Shown: piece after piece, positions 13,672 through 22,508 of the stretch
How the letters are laid out: every line of letters starts with the position of its first letter
Numbering within the stretch: the first letter of the stretch is position 1
Source: a virus
Lineage: Duplodnaviria; Caudoviricetes
Strand: one strand, 5' to 3'
Length of the DNA: 31,719 nt
Virus record (IMG/VR): IMGVR_UViG_3300049828_000245
Coordinates: 1-31,719 of that record
The notes under the pieces: model-generated
What the model was told of the DNA's origin: nothing
Databases searched by the model: none
Seen by the model: only the letters and a program-made list of their open reading frames with translations
Program-made: the position numbers and the translations under genes

Positions 13672-14963
13672 CAGTACGTCAACTCGCTCGAGTCGAGGAG
13701 GCCGTCATTGAGGTCGTCCAAGATGAACCCTCCAGTGTCGATGAGCGGAGTCAGCTGCAGGGTGATGACGTGCACTCCTGTGACGATCTGATGCTCCACG
13801 CCCTCCACGAAGCTGACGATGTCGAAGCCCACTCCAGCGCCCAAGGGCGTCCACACCGTGCGCACGAGATCACCGATCTCGAGGCGCTTGACGTAACGGG
13901 CGTGCACCTCGGACAGCCCGGCCATGGGAATCTCATGGCTGGCCACGCGGACGACGGGCTGCGCGTACTCCGTCAGCAGGTAGTCGGCGAACGACTGCGC
14001 GGCCGCGTCCGAGATGAACAGCATCGCGGACGACGAGTACGCGCGGATCCCATAGCTCGCCACGCTGCTGCTGTCGGACGCGGTCATGGATGCACCGCCT
14101 GCCCTGGCGATGACGATGCGGTTGAACAGGAACTCCGACCCGTACCCCACCTCGACCGCGCCGAACTCGATCACGGGGGCGATGTAGGACGGGTCTGAGG
14201 CGTCGAACCACAACGTCGCGTCCTGCAGCACGACTTGCCCCTGAGCGGCCGCGTCGATGCGCAGGGGACGGGGCGCCGCGGCATCAAGCCACAAGGTTGC
14301 ACCCGACAGGGTGTCGAGCTGGATGACCAGCGGGTCGTCCTCGAACCCGAATGCGACCAGCGGGTCGCTCTTCACCCCACTCGTGCGACTGCGGTATCGC
14401 AGGACTCCCGCGCCGTCGACGAATAGGCGCCCGTAGTCCGTTGCGGCCACCTGCTGCAGGTACTGCAGGGTGTTGGTGCCGGCGGCCACCGTGTCGGCCT
14501 GCATCGGATTGAACCCAGCGTCGAGGTTGGTCTTCCCTGTGAAGCCGACACTTGGCCGGGACAGGATGGAAGTGATGCGCTCGGCGGGCGTGTCCTGGGT
14601 GTTAGTGAACTCGTCGAGGACGGTCTGGGACAGGATTGCCAGAGCATCGACGCAGCGGACCACTGCCTGCGCTCGACCTTCGATGTCATAGGAGTAGGAC
14701 CAGTCCTCGACGAAGCCGTCGAACAGGCTGATGGAGTCGCTGCTGACGTTCACGCGTACGCGGGGGATCAGCTGATTGCGATACGGCCCAGCCGTGTTGG
14801 TGGGATCGAAGCGCCGATCGTAGTTGTCGAGCACGATGGTGCAGCCGCCAGCCGTGAACGTGTCGAGCTCGCGCGACCGACCTCGCCGGGACTGGATGCT
14901 GTACACGTAACTGCTGACATCCGTCGCGACACCGCCGAAGTAGATCGTGACGACCTCGCTCAC
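13671..14963 (-). CDS. Minor tail protein (baseplate hub-like), first gene after the tape measure
   Basis: RRGRSRELDTFTAG...LDNYDRRFDP, GRLFVDGAGVLRYRSR, SSVASYGIR; GTGA overlap with the TMP stop. Confidence 0.8.
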   Translation of the reverse strand: MSEVVTIYFGGVATDVSSYVYSIQSRRGRSRELDTFTAGGCTIVLDNYDRRFDPTNTAGPYRNQLIPRVRVNVSSDSISLFDGFVEDWSYSYDIEGRAQAVVRCVDALAILSQTVLDEFTNTQDTPAERITSILSRPSVGFTGKTNLDAGFNPMQADTVAAGTNTLQYLQQVAATDYGRLFVDGAGVLRYRSRTSGVKSDPLVAFGFEDDPLVIQLDTLSGATLWLDAAAPRPLRIDAAAQGQVVLQDATLWFDASDPSYIAPVIEFGAVEVGYGSEFLFNRIVIARAGGASMTASDSSSVASYGIRAYSSSAMLFISDAAAQSFADYLLTEYAQPVVRVASHEIPMAGLSEVHARYVKRLEIGDLVRTVWTPLGAGVGFDIVSFVEGVEHQIVTGVHVITLQLTPLIDTGGFILDDLNDGLLDSSELTY

Positions 14964-17680
14964 GAGGAGCGCCAACCCGCGCCGTTGGACTGCTCGAACT
15001 TCTTCACGTACTCGACGATCTGCTGCCCGATCTGCCGCGGGTCACCCACGCCGGCCTGCACCGTGATCTGGTACGTGTTCCCGCCACCCGCTGCTGCGGG
15101 CGCAGCCGCCAGGCGATTGTTCGGAACCACTGTCCCCGATGACAGCGGGACGAACAGCTCCGGTCCGCGCTCGCCGATGATGTAGGCATTGCCGCCGGTG
15201 ACCGGGCCGCCCGCCGCACGTCCGGGAAGGTTGGTCGGGGCACCGGACGTGTCGTAGTTGACCCTTATCGTGATCTCGGTCCCGAGGTGGTTGCGGACCC
15301 ACCGCTTGAAGTCCTCGGCCTCGTCGGCGATCCGCGCCTTCGCCTTCGCGATCATCTGCACAGCGGATACGTCACCGACCGTCGCGAACGCCTTCGCCAT
15401 CGGCACCCCGAGCAGGGTCTCCGTGGCCGTGGCCAGCGCCTGGTAGTTCGTCGTCAGCTGCGCCATCTGCTCCGGACGCGCGGCCAGGTAGTTCGCCAGC
15501 TCGATGGCGGCCTTCGGGTCCATCGTCAGCATCTGCTGCGCGAGGGCCTCGGGTATCCTCGTCGCGATCTTCGCGATCGCACCGACGGCGGCCTGCTGGT
15601 TGGCGATGTCACCGATGACCATCTGCACGATCTGCTCAGGGGTCAGCGGGACGACCTTGCCCTCGGCGTCGGTTCCGGTGGACTGGAACTTGACGTTGCC
15701 GAGGATGGTCGACGTCACGGAGGCGGCGTAGTCGTCGAGGGCCTTGCGTGCCGTGGTGATCTTGGCGACCTGCGCGTCAATGACGCCCTTGAACGCGTCG
15801 GTGCGGTTGGCGAACGACTGCAGCATCGCCCCGGACGCCTCGTCGGACTTGCCACGGATCGAGATGGTCAGCTCGTCCATGCCCTTGTTGATGTCGCCCG
15901 CGATGCGCGGCCACACCACGGCCATGCCGAGCTTGAGGCCCTCGCCGAGGTCCTCGCCGACGCGGTAGAACAGCTGCGACGGGGAGTGGGACTCCGCAGC
16001 CGAGCGGGCGGCGGCCTCGGCCTCGAGGACCAGCTGACGGGTCATCGCCTGGACCTTGGCGCTGGACGCGGCGATGCCGGCCGCCATGCCGCGCCCCATG
16101 TCCGTGCCGACGCCCTTGAAGCCGGAGTAAGCGAGCGCCAGGGCAGCCTTCTGGGAAGCGGTCAGGTTGGCCTTCGCCGGGCCCGTCCAGATGCCCTCGG
16201 CGCCCATGAACTCGACGATGTCGCTGCGCTTGAACCCGTCCCGAACGAACTGGTTGACAACCTTCTTCGCCAGGCCCTTGTAGGCAGCGTCGTACTGGTC
16301 GGCGCTGATCTTGCCGTCCTCGACCCACTGCTGCGCGATCTTCGCCGCATCGCCGAGTGAGGAGCGGAGGGTGTCGCGGTTCTCCTTCGCGGCGTCGCCC
16401 ATGCCCTTGAACGTCGTCTTGTTGCCCTTGAGCGTGGTGTCCAGGTCCGCCAGCGACTTGCGGAAGTCGTCGATGGACTGCGAGTTGCCGAGCGCCGCGG
16501 TCAGCGCCGTCACGGCGTCCTTCGTCCGCGCGAGGGCATCGGCCTCATCCTCGGCGGCCTCGGTCAGCGCCACCGTCGCCGAGTGCGCCCGGTCGCTGTT
16601 CGCCTTGTAGCCGGCGTACAGCGCGGTGACGCCGGCGATCTCGTCGGCCTTCGCCTTCTCGACTGCGGTCAGGGCGTCGCCGACGTCGACGGCGAGGACC
16701 ATGTTGTCGACGAAGTCGCTGAACACGGGGTTGATGACGTCGAGGGCGTGGGCGCCCGTCTGGATGCGGTCGCCCCAGTCCGTGCCTGCGTCGGCGTTCG
16801 CCGTCATCGCGGCGGTCAGCTTGGCGACCTCCGTCGCCATCATCCCCACGGCGGTGACGAAGTTCGCGGTCGCTTCACCGAACCCGCTGACGGCATCCAC
16901 GGCGCCGCCGGATCCGCCGAACGCGTCGGAGACGTCGCTGATCGCACCGAGCAGGGCGTAGCCAATCGTCTCCTGTGCCTCGGCAGCGGCGGTCTGGACC
17001 CGCTTGAGCTGCCCGCCGTACGTCTCCGCGGCCGCGGCGGCCTGCCCGCCGAACTTCTCGTTCAGCGACTCGACGGCTGCGCCGAAGTCCTTCGTCTTGA
17101 TGATGTTGGCGTCGAGCGGAACGCCCAGCTTGGTCAGGGCACCGAGGCTGCCCGTGCTCGCCTTGGCGAGGGCCTGGCTGACACTGACAACGTCCTTGCC
17201 GGTGGCCGCCGAGATGTCGAGGGCGGTCTGCAGCAGCTTCTGCGACTCCGCCGCGTCACCCGTGGCCGTGACCAGGCGCTGGAAGGCGGGACGCAGCTCG
17301 TCGTCCGCGACGCCTGTCGCGAGCATGAGGTCCTTGATGAAGTCCTCGGTGCCGGCGTTGGCGAAGCCCTGCCCGACGTTCTCCATCGCGGTCGCCAGGG
17401 CCACCATCGACTTCTCGTCGGCGATGGCGGCGGTCGCTGCGTCCTGCAGGTACTGCAGTGCGCTCTGCGCCACGTTCGTGATCGCGAACGCGCCACCGAG
17501 GGCAGCGCCGACCCCAAGGAATCCCTTGGTGATCGAGTTGGTGAACCCGGTCGCGTTCTTCCCGAACGCGTCGAAGTCCCCGCCGACCGTCTTGGCCTTG
17601 CGGGAGAACTTGTCCAGCGCGTCGGATGCGGAGACGTCCCGGCCGATCAGGTTGAAACCCAGGGAGGTGTCGTTACCCAC
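14960..17680 (-). CDS. Tape measure protein
   Basis: 906 aa, Ala-rich helical; HSPSQLF and RAAGGPV...YIIGERGPELFVP motifs; follows the tail chaperones. Confidence 0.93.
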   Translation of the reverse strand: MGNDTSLGFNLIGRDVSASDALDKFSRKAKTVGGDFDAFGKNATGFTNSITKGFLGVGAALGGAFAITNVAQSALQYLQDAATAAIADEKSMVALATAMENVGQGFANAGTEDFIKDLMLATGVADDELRPAFQRLVTATGDAAESQKLLQTALDISAATGKDVVSVSQALAKASTGSLGALTKLGVPLDANIIKTKDFGAAVESLNEKFGGQAAAAAETYGGQLKRVQTAAAEAQETIGYALLGAISDVSDAFGGSGGAVDAVSGFGEATANFVTAVGMMATEVAKLTAAMTANADAGTDWGDRIQTGAHALDVINPVFSDFVDNMVLAVDVGDALTAVEKAKADEIAGVTALYAGYKANSDRAHSATVALTEAAEDEADALARTKDAVTALTAALGNSQSIDDFRKSLADLDTTLKGNKTTFKGMGDAAKENRDTLRSSLGDAAKIAQQWVEDGKISADQYDAAYKGLAKKVVNQFVRDGFKRSDIVEFMGAEGIWTGPAKANLTASQKAALALAYSGFKGVGTDMGRGMAAGIAASSAKVQAMTRQLVLEAEAAARSAAESHSPSQLFYRVGEDLGEGLKLGMAVVWPRIAGDINKGMDELTISIRGKSDEASGAMLQSFANRTDAFKGVIDAQVAKITTARKALDDYAASVTSTILGNVKFQSTGTDAEGKVVPLTPEQIVQMVIGDIANQQAAVGAIAKIATRIPEALAQQMLTMDPKAAIELANYLAARPEQMAQLTTNYQALATATETLLGVPMAKAFATVGDVSAVQMIAKAKARIADEAEDFKRWVRNHLGTEITIRVNYDTSGAPTNLPGRAAGGPVTGGNAYIIGERGPELFVPLSSGTVVPNNRLAAAPAAAGGGNTYQITVQAGVGDPRQIGQQIVEYVKKFEQSNGAGWRSS

Positions 17681-17855
17681 CGTCAGCCTCCCTCCGGGTC
17701 GGGGTGCGCGTCGCGGCCGCCACGAGCAGCTGCAACGTCGCGAAGTCGATGTCCCACACGTTCATCGGCGTGATCCCGCCGTACGTGTGCATGAGCAGAG
17801 GCAGGTGCCTCAGGATGTAGCTGCGGGCTCCGTGTCCTCGTCGCCCGCGGGCGTA
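17673..17855 (-). CDS. Tail assembly chaperone, frameshift extension (gpT-like)
   Basis: -1 frame ORF overlapping the chaperone 3' end (...YILRHLPLLMHTYGGITPMNVWDIDFATLQLL...); its stop overlaps the TMP start. Confidence 0.62.
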   Translation of the reverse strand, partial: YARGRRGHGARSYILRHLPLLMHTYGGITPMNVWDIDFATLQLLVAAATRTPTRREADGG

Positions 17856-18190
17856 GGGAGGTCGGGGGCCTGCTCTCCCGGCGCGGGGTCGTCGGCGAGG
17901 AAGCGCAGCTCGTCGCGGCCGTACTCGGCCATCACGTCGGCCAGGGTCACCGAGTCGTCCTGCCGGTGCAGCGCCATCCATGCGAGGGCGTAGAACGCGC
18001 GGTTGCGGGTGCAGCCCGCCACGACCGGCTTCGGCTTGGCACCCTTCTTCGGCGGCGTCAGCATGTCCATCAGGTCGAAGTAGTCGACCCCGAAGTGCAT
18101 CTCGATCGCGTCGATCTCGGCCCCGGTGGGGCCGGTGCGGCCGTCGGAGCCGGGAAGGTCGTACGGAGTGTCGCGGACAATGAGCGGCAT
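17810..18190 (-). CDS. Tail assembly chaperone (gpG-like)
   Basis: AAAGG RBS, ATG 18190; position upstream of the TMP; overlapping -1 ORF. Confidence 0.72.
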   Translation of the reverse strand: MPLIVRDTPYDLPGSDGRTGPTGAEIDAIEMHFGVDYFDLMDMLTPPKKGAKPKPVVAGCTRNRAFYALAWMALHRQDDSVTLADVMAEYGRDELRFLADDPAPGEQAPDLPTPAGDEDTEPAATS

Positions 18191-18213
18191 GAGCGGTGCC
18201 TTTCGATGAGCGG

Positions 18214-18753
18214 TTACATGCGGGAATTGAGGACCGTGTCGACGGCGTCCTGGAGCGCCTGCTTCACCTTTGTCTGGACCTCCGGCTTGTGGCGCATCGC
18301 CGTCGGCACCAGGTAGGCGTGCGACGACTGCGACACCCACTTCTCCCGGTTGCCGTAGACCGGGTGCCGCCAGGGCCGCTTCGACAGGCCCTCCATGTAG
18401 CGGGGCAGGTTCACGGGCTTGCCCGTCTTGGCGGAGAACTTCGTGCCCGACACCCGGATCCGGACGCAGAACCAGCCGGGCTTTTCCGGCATGACCTTGA
18501 TCTCGGTCGCTGCGGCGATGCCCTGACGCAGCTTCGCGTCGCCTCCTGCCGAGCCGCGCTTCTTGCGGTACGCATCCGTGCTGCCGCCCGAGCTGGGCAA
18601 AGCCAGGGCGGCAGCACGGACGTCGTCGCGGACAGGCTGGGCAGCCTCGGTCAGGCGTCGGCGGGTCGCCTTCGCCAGCTCGCGGTCGAACGCCTTCACG
18701 CGCCGGAATAGCAGTGAGAAGTCGTCGCCCTCGATGTCGATGCTGATGCCCAT
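18214..18753 (-). CDS. Basic virion morphogenesis protein (HK97 gp10-like / tail completion)
   Basis: Lys/Arg-rich, WRHPVYGNREKWVSQ motif, within the tail gene block. Confidence 0.6.
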   Translation of the reverse strand: MGISIDIEGDDFSLLFRRVKAFDRELAKATRRRLTEAAQPVRDDVRAAALALPSSGGSTDAYRKKRGSAGGDAKLRQGIAAATEIKVMPEKPGWFCVRIRVSGTKFSAKTGKPVNLPRYMEGLSKRPWRHPVYGNREKWVSQSSHAYLVPTAMRHKPEVQTKVKQALQDAVDTVLNSRM

Positions 18754-18759
18754 GCGGAC

Positions 18760-19740
18760 CTACAGGGTCGCTTCCGACGTCTGGTAGAACACCGTCAGCG
18801 GCTGGTTGGTGCCGTCGTCGTACGCCTCGAAGTCCATGGACAGGTCCACCGGGCCGTCGTCGCCGACCGCCGGGGCCTCGCCGTCGAACTTCACCGCAGG
18901 CAGGGTGATCTTCAGCGTGTCCTTGTAGGTGGACGCGATCGTGCCGCCGGTGAACGTGAGCTCCAGCGCGGCCGACGAGTCGGTCAGGAACTTGTTCATG
19001 AGGGTGGCGTCGGTGAACTCGGCCGTCAGCTTGCCGGAGACCTTCCGGAACCCGCCGAGGGTCTGCTCCGACTTCGCGCCGAGACCGCCGAGGTTGTAGC
19101 GGTCGGCCTTGAGGTTGTTGTCGACGCTGAGGCTGAAGTCCTTGATGTTCGTCGTCGCCCCGGCATCCACCGTGATCGCGCCCTGGGCGAAGTGGAAGAT
19201 GCTGCCGTTCAGCGGGTACGACGCGGTCGCCAGGGCCTGCGTGGTGACGAAGCCCGCCGCATCGAGGCTGAATTTCCCGACCGCGATTCCGCCGTTGTCG
19301 ACCCCGAGCTCGAAGCCGCCGACCTTGCAGCCGGTGAGGGTCTTCGCCAGGACGGTGCCGCCGTACTGCGGGACGCCGGCCTGCGCGGTGAACGACCGAC
19401 CGAACACGTCGCCGAGGGTGAACGTGTACGTGTAGACCCCCGTCGACACGAGGACGCCGGCCGGGGCCGCTCCGCCCATCGCGTGCGACAGCAGCAGGCC
19501 GAGCCCTCGGGTGGGGAGGTCCATCTCGAGGTCGCCGGTGGCTCCGTAGGTCGTGACGACACGACGCTGCGAGCGGGCGATCTGGCCGCCGGCGCGCAGG
19601 CCCATGCCCACGGCGACGTTCTTCTCGTACTGCAGCGACTCCGAGTTGAACTCGTAGAAGCGGGTGGGGGCCACGAACGTGTTGAATGTGACCTCGTTGA
19701 CGATGCCGAACTGTGCTCCGATACCGGCGCCGATTGCCAT
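18760..19740 (-). CDS. Major tail (tube) protein
   Basis: GAQFGIVNEVTF, FSLSVDNNL, RKVSGKLTAEF, ITLPAVKF; strong GGAG RBS. Confidence 0.88.
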   Translation of the reverse strand: MAIGAGIGAQFGIVNEVTFNTFVAPTRFYEFNSESLQYEKNVAVGMGLRAGGQIARSQRRVVTTYGATGDLEMDLPTRGLGLLLSHAMGGAAPAGVLVSTGVYTYTFTLGDVFGRSFTAQAGVPQYGGTVLAKTLTGCKVGGFELGVDNGGIAVGKFSLDAAGFVTTQALATASYPLNGSIFHFAQGAITVDAGATTNIKDFSLSVDNNLKADRYNLGGLGAKSEQTLGGFRKVSGKLTAEFTDATLMNKFLTDSSAALELTFTGGTIASTYKDTLKITLPAVKFDGEAPAVGDDGPVDLSMDFEAYDDGTNQPLTVFYQTSEATL

Positions 19741-19761
19741 GGTGATCTCCTATGTGGTGGG

Positions 19762-19974
19762 TCAGGCCGCCGGGTCGGCCGGGGCGTCAGGGGTGGACGT
19801 GGGCTCGGGGGCGACCTTCGCGGCCTTGGCGTCGCCGGGTGCCCAGTTGGCCGGCTGCTCGAGCAGCGACGTGGCGGCCTCCTCGGACACGTCCACGACG
19901 TCGCCCGCCTTCACGACGAGGTTGAGTGCCGGGACGACGAGGTCGCCGAGCGGGGACACGTTCTTGACCTTCAT
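19762..19974 (-). CDS. Small hypothetical virion-region protein
   Basis: MKVKNVSPLGDLVVPALNLVVKAGDVVDV...; AGGAG RBS. Confidence 0.75.
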   Translation of the reverse strand: MKVKNVSPLGDLVVPALNLVVKAGDVVDVSEEAATSLLEQPANWAPGDAKAAKVAPEPTSTPDAPADPAA

Positions 19975-19982
19975 GGACGCTC

Positions 19983-20432
19983 CTAGATTCGGGTGATCTT
20001 GACGGCGATGGCGAAGTCGATCGTGACCAGCGCGCCGCCGGTGGTCTGGACCTGGCGGACGCTGTAGGTGCCGATGTCGGCGAAGATGACGTTGCCGCCG
20101 ATGGTGCCGTCGGTGCGCAGCGCGTCCTCGACCTCGGCGAACAGGGCGAACGCGGTGTCCCGGGCTACCTTCATGTCGGTGGAGCCGTCCCACGCGCACG
20201 CCTGGCAGTTGATGTCGTAGATCTCGGCGCGGCGCAGGTTGCCCAGCGTGGCGGGCTCCTGCCGGGCGTTGACGCTGGTGGCGTCCTCGTCGGACCAGCC
20301 GATCGCGACGTAGTCCGTCCCCTCGTCCGAGATCGGGGTGCCGTCATGCACGACGGCGTTCACGAGGCCAGGACGGGCGCGCAGCGCCGCGATGAGGGAA
20401 TCGAGGGTAGCCGGGATGGTGGAGGTCGCCAC
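19983..20432 (-). CDS. Tail terminator-like protein
   Basis: 149 aa acidic; VHDGTP...YVAIG...EVEDALRTDGTIGG; upstream of the tail tube gene. Confidence 0.72.
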   Translation of the reverse strand: MATSTIPATLDSLIAALRARPGLVNAVVHDGTPISDEGTDYVAIGWSDEDATSVNARQEPATLGNLRRAEIYDINCQACAWDGSTDMKVARDTAFALFAEVEDALRTDGTIGGNVIFADIGTYSVRQVQTTGGALVTIDFAIAVKITRI

Positions 20433-20435
20433 GGG

Positions 20436-21134
20436 TCACTCCTCCGGGATCGAGCGGTGCAGGGCGTGGTGGCCGGCGGTCAGCCAGTACCGCTTGCGGT
20501 GCGGCAGGGTCGCGGCCGTCGCAGCGTGGATCGGGTAGCCGCGCATCGCAGCCCGCATGCAGAACGCGACGTCCTCCCCCACCCACTGGCCCTGGACGGG
20601 ACCGTCGATGAACCAGCAGTAGTCCGGGCCCTCGTCAACCGTGTGCAGCTCGCGCATGCCCTCGAGGACGCGGCGGTGGATGAGCAGGCAGCCCGTGCCG
20701 GCGGCGTCCACGGGGATCACGTCGTCGGCGGGATAGTCGTGGACGGGCAGGTAGCCACCCGTCCCGCCCTGGCGGCGGAAGATCATCGGCATCGGCGTCG
20801 GGTACGCCTCGCCAGTGTCGAACGCCCCGAAGTACAGGCCCGCGACGATCGGGCGCTCGTCGACGTCGGCAGCTGCGCACAGCGCGTCGAACGCCGGGAT
20901 GCTGAGCACTTCGTCGGCGTCGAGCATGAGCAGCCAGTCCGCGCGGGACTGCTCGAGGAACGTGGACACGATCTGGTTGCGCAGCCGGGAGATCAGGCAG
21001 GCGCCCTCCACCCGGATGATCGGACCGAGGAGCGGGGTGCGGGACGCGGCCAGCATGGCCAGGGCTACAGCGAACTCGCCGTCGACGGTGCCGGGATCGC
21101 ACCAGCCGAGCGAGATGGTGTCGTGTGAGCGCAC
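20436..21134 (-). CDS. GT-A fold (GT2-like) glycosyltransferase
   Basis: RLRNQIV, WLLMLDADE (DxD), DAAGTGCLLIHRRVL, GEDVAFC, LPH motifs. Confidence 0.87.
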   Translation of the reverse strand: MRSHDTISLGWCDPGTVDGEFAVALAMLAASRTPLLGPIIRVEGACLISRLRNQIVSTFLEQSRADWLLMLDADEVLSIPAFDALCAAADVDERPIVAGLYFGAFDTGEAYPTPMPMIFRRQGGTGGYLPVHDYPADDVIPVDAAGTGCLLIHRRVLEGMRELHTVDEGPDYCWFIDGPVQGQWVGEDVAFCMRAAMRGYPIHAATAATLPHRKRYWLTAGHHALHRSIPEE

Positions 21135-21158
21135 GACTGTCCTCTCGTGGGAAGGGGT

Positions 21159-21695
21159 CTAGCCGATCCCGCCGTGGAATGAGAGCTTGTCGATCAGTTC
21201 GATCGCGCGCATCGGCAGGGAGAACGTGGAACGGGCGTCGATGTCGTCGCCGTTCAGCGGGTTGCGAGCGACGGTGCCCCGCTGGGTCTGCCACAGATGG
21301 CGGACCGTCTCGAGGGTGGCCTGCTTCACCAGGGGCGGGATCGCCGCGGCACCGGCCACGTAGGTCACCACGACCTCGTACCGCTCGCCCCGGAACACAT
21401 TGTCGTCCAGGTGGATGAGGCCGGTCTCGGGGATGAGCGTGTAAGCACTCGGAGCGATGGTCGAGCCGTCGTCGATGACGGAGGTGATCGACTTCACTGG
21501 GGAGTGGAACAGCACGATGTCGGACGTGCCGCCCGTGTGGTACTCGGTGTAGGTCGTGTCCCGCCAGACTCGGTCGGCCTTCTCCTCCACCAGATCCGAG
21601 GCGACCGTGAGGAATGCGGCCAGCTCGGCGTCCGTGGCGGACGTGCTGATGTTGAGGTGAGTCTTGGCCTCGGGGAGGGTGCAGAGGTCGGACAC
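21159..21695 (-). CDS. Head-to-tail adaptor/connector
   Basis: CTLPEAKTHLNI...DAEL, VTYVAG...IPPLVKQATL. Confidence 0.85.
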   Translation of the reverse strand: MSDLCTLPEAKTHLNISTSATDAELAAFLTVASDLVEEKADRVWRDTTYTEYHTGGTSDIVLFHSPVKSITSVIDDGSTIAPSAYTLIPETGLIHLDDNVFRGERYEVVVTYVAGAAAIPPLVKQATLETVRHLWQTQRGTVARNPLNGDDIDARSTFSLPMRAIELIDKLSFHGGIG

Positions 21696-21697
21696 GG

Positions 21698-21883
21698 TCA
21701 GCCCTTGGCGGTGCGGCGGCCGCGCGTGGTGGCCGCGTCAGCGTCGGGTGCGGTGCGCGGATCCTCGTAGCCGCGAGCCTTCAGTGCGGCGGTCACCTGG
21801 GCGGCGCGGTCCGCCTTGCCCATGCGCTCGTACCCGGCGCGCTCGATCAGGAGGGCGTCGATCATCTGCTCGTTCGTTGCCAT
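21698..21883 (-). CDS. Small hypothetical protein after the capsid gene
   Basis: MATNEQMIDALLIERAGYERMG...; GGGAG RBS. Confidence 0.75.
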   Translation of the reverse strand: MATNEQMIDALLIERAGYERMGKADRAAQVTAALKARGYEDPRTAPDADAATTRGRRTAKG

Positions 21884-21914
21884 GTCTGGTTGCTCCCATC
21901 TCGGGAGCCCAGGG

Positions 21915-22469
21915 CTACCCGAGTTGCTGCGTAGGTGGATGGAGTAGGTACTTCGCGGCCGCCATCAGCCGATCGGGATCGTCCCCGAACTGGCCGAGGA
22001 GCAGGTTGCATCGATCGCACAGCAGGCCGCGCACCGCTCCGGTCTTGTGGTCGTGATCGACGTGAAGGTGGGTCCTGTACTTGCCCCGCTCAGATGGGCC
22101 GTTGCCGCAGAGCGCGCAGCCACCCGACTGTTTCGCGAGGGTGTCGTCGTACCACTCCTGCGTGACGCCGTACTTGCGCAGGAGGTGGGTTTCCCTGTCT
22201 CGGCCAGACTCTCTGCGGGCGCGCTCTCCGCACTTGCGGGAGCAGTAGATCGACGCCTTCCGCTGCTTGGGACGGTACGACTCCCCGCACGCAGCACATG
22301 CGCGAGGGGAGTCGTCCGCCCCAGCCTTCGGTGTGTAGCGATTGCGATGCCACTCCTGGTAGCAGGACTTGCACCACTGCCCATTGCCAGCAGCCCACCG
22401 AGATGGGTACCACTCGCTCTCGGGCTTCGACTCTCCGCACTTGTTGCAGGTTTTCAGCGGCTGGCTCAT
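21915..22469 (-). CDS. Endonuclease VII-family (His-Me) free-standing endonuclease, probably homing
   Basis: CALC...HVDHDHKTGAVRGLLCDRCNLLLG plus N-terminal CxxC modules; LRKYGVT; atypical codon usage. Confidence 0.88.
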   Translation of the reverse strand: MSQPLKTCNKCGESKPESEWYPSRWAAGNGQWCKSCYQEWHRNRYTPKAGADDSPRACAACGESYRPKQRKASIYCSRKCGERARRESGRDRETHLLRKYGVTQEWYDDTLAKQSGGCALCGNGPSERGKYRTHLHVDHDHKTGAVRGLLCDRCNLLLGQFGDDPDRLMAAAKYLLHPPTQQLG

Positions 22470-22499
22470 GCTCAGAGGTTACTAGAACATGAGCCAGCC
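22459..22499 (-). promoter_or_regulatory. Hairpin sequestering the endonuclease start codon
   Basis: ggctggctcatg 22459-22470 / catgagccagcc 22488-22499, a perfect 12-bp inverted repeat covering ATG 22469. Confidence 0.8.
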
Positions 22500-22508
22500 T
22501 GCTAGAAA

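Noticed and set aside
21915-22469. Group I intron or intein housing the endonuclease
   Set aside because: The capsid gene ends with its own stop and the next gene has its own RBS and start; no interrupted gene or intein motifs were seen.
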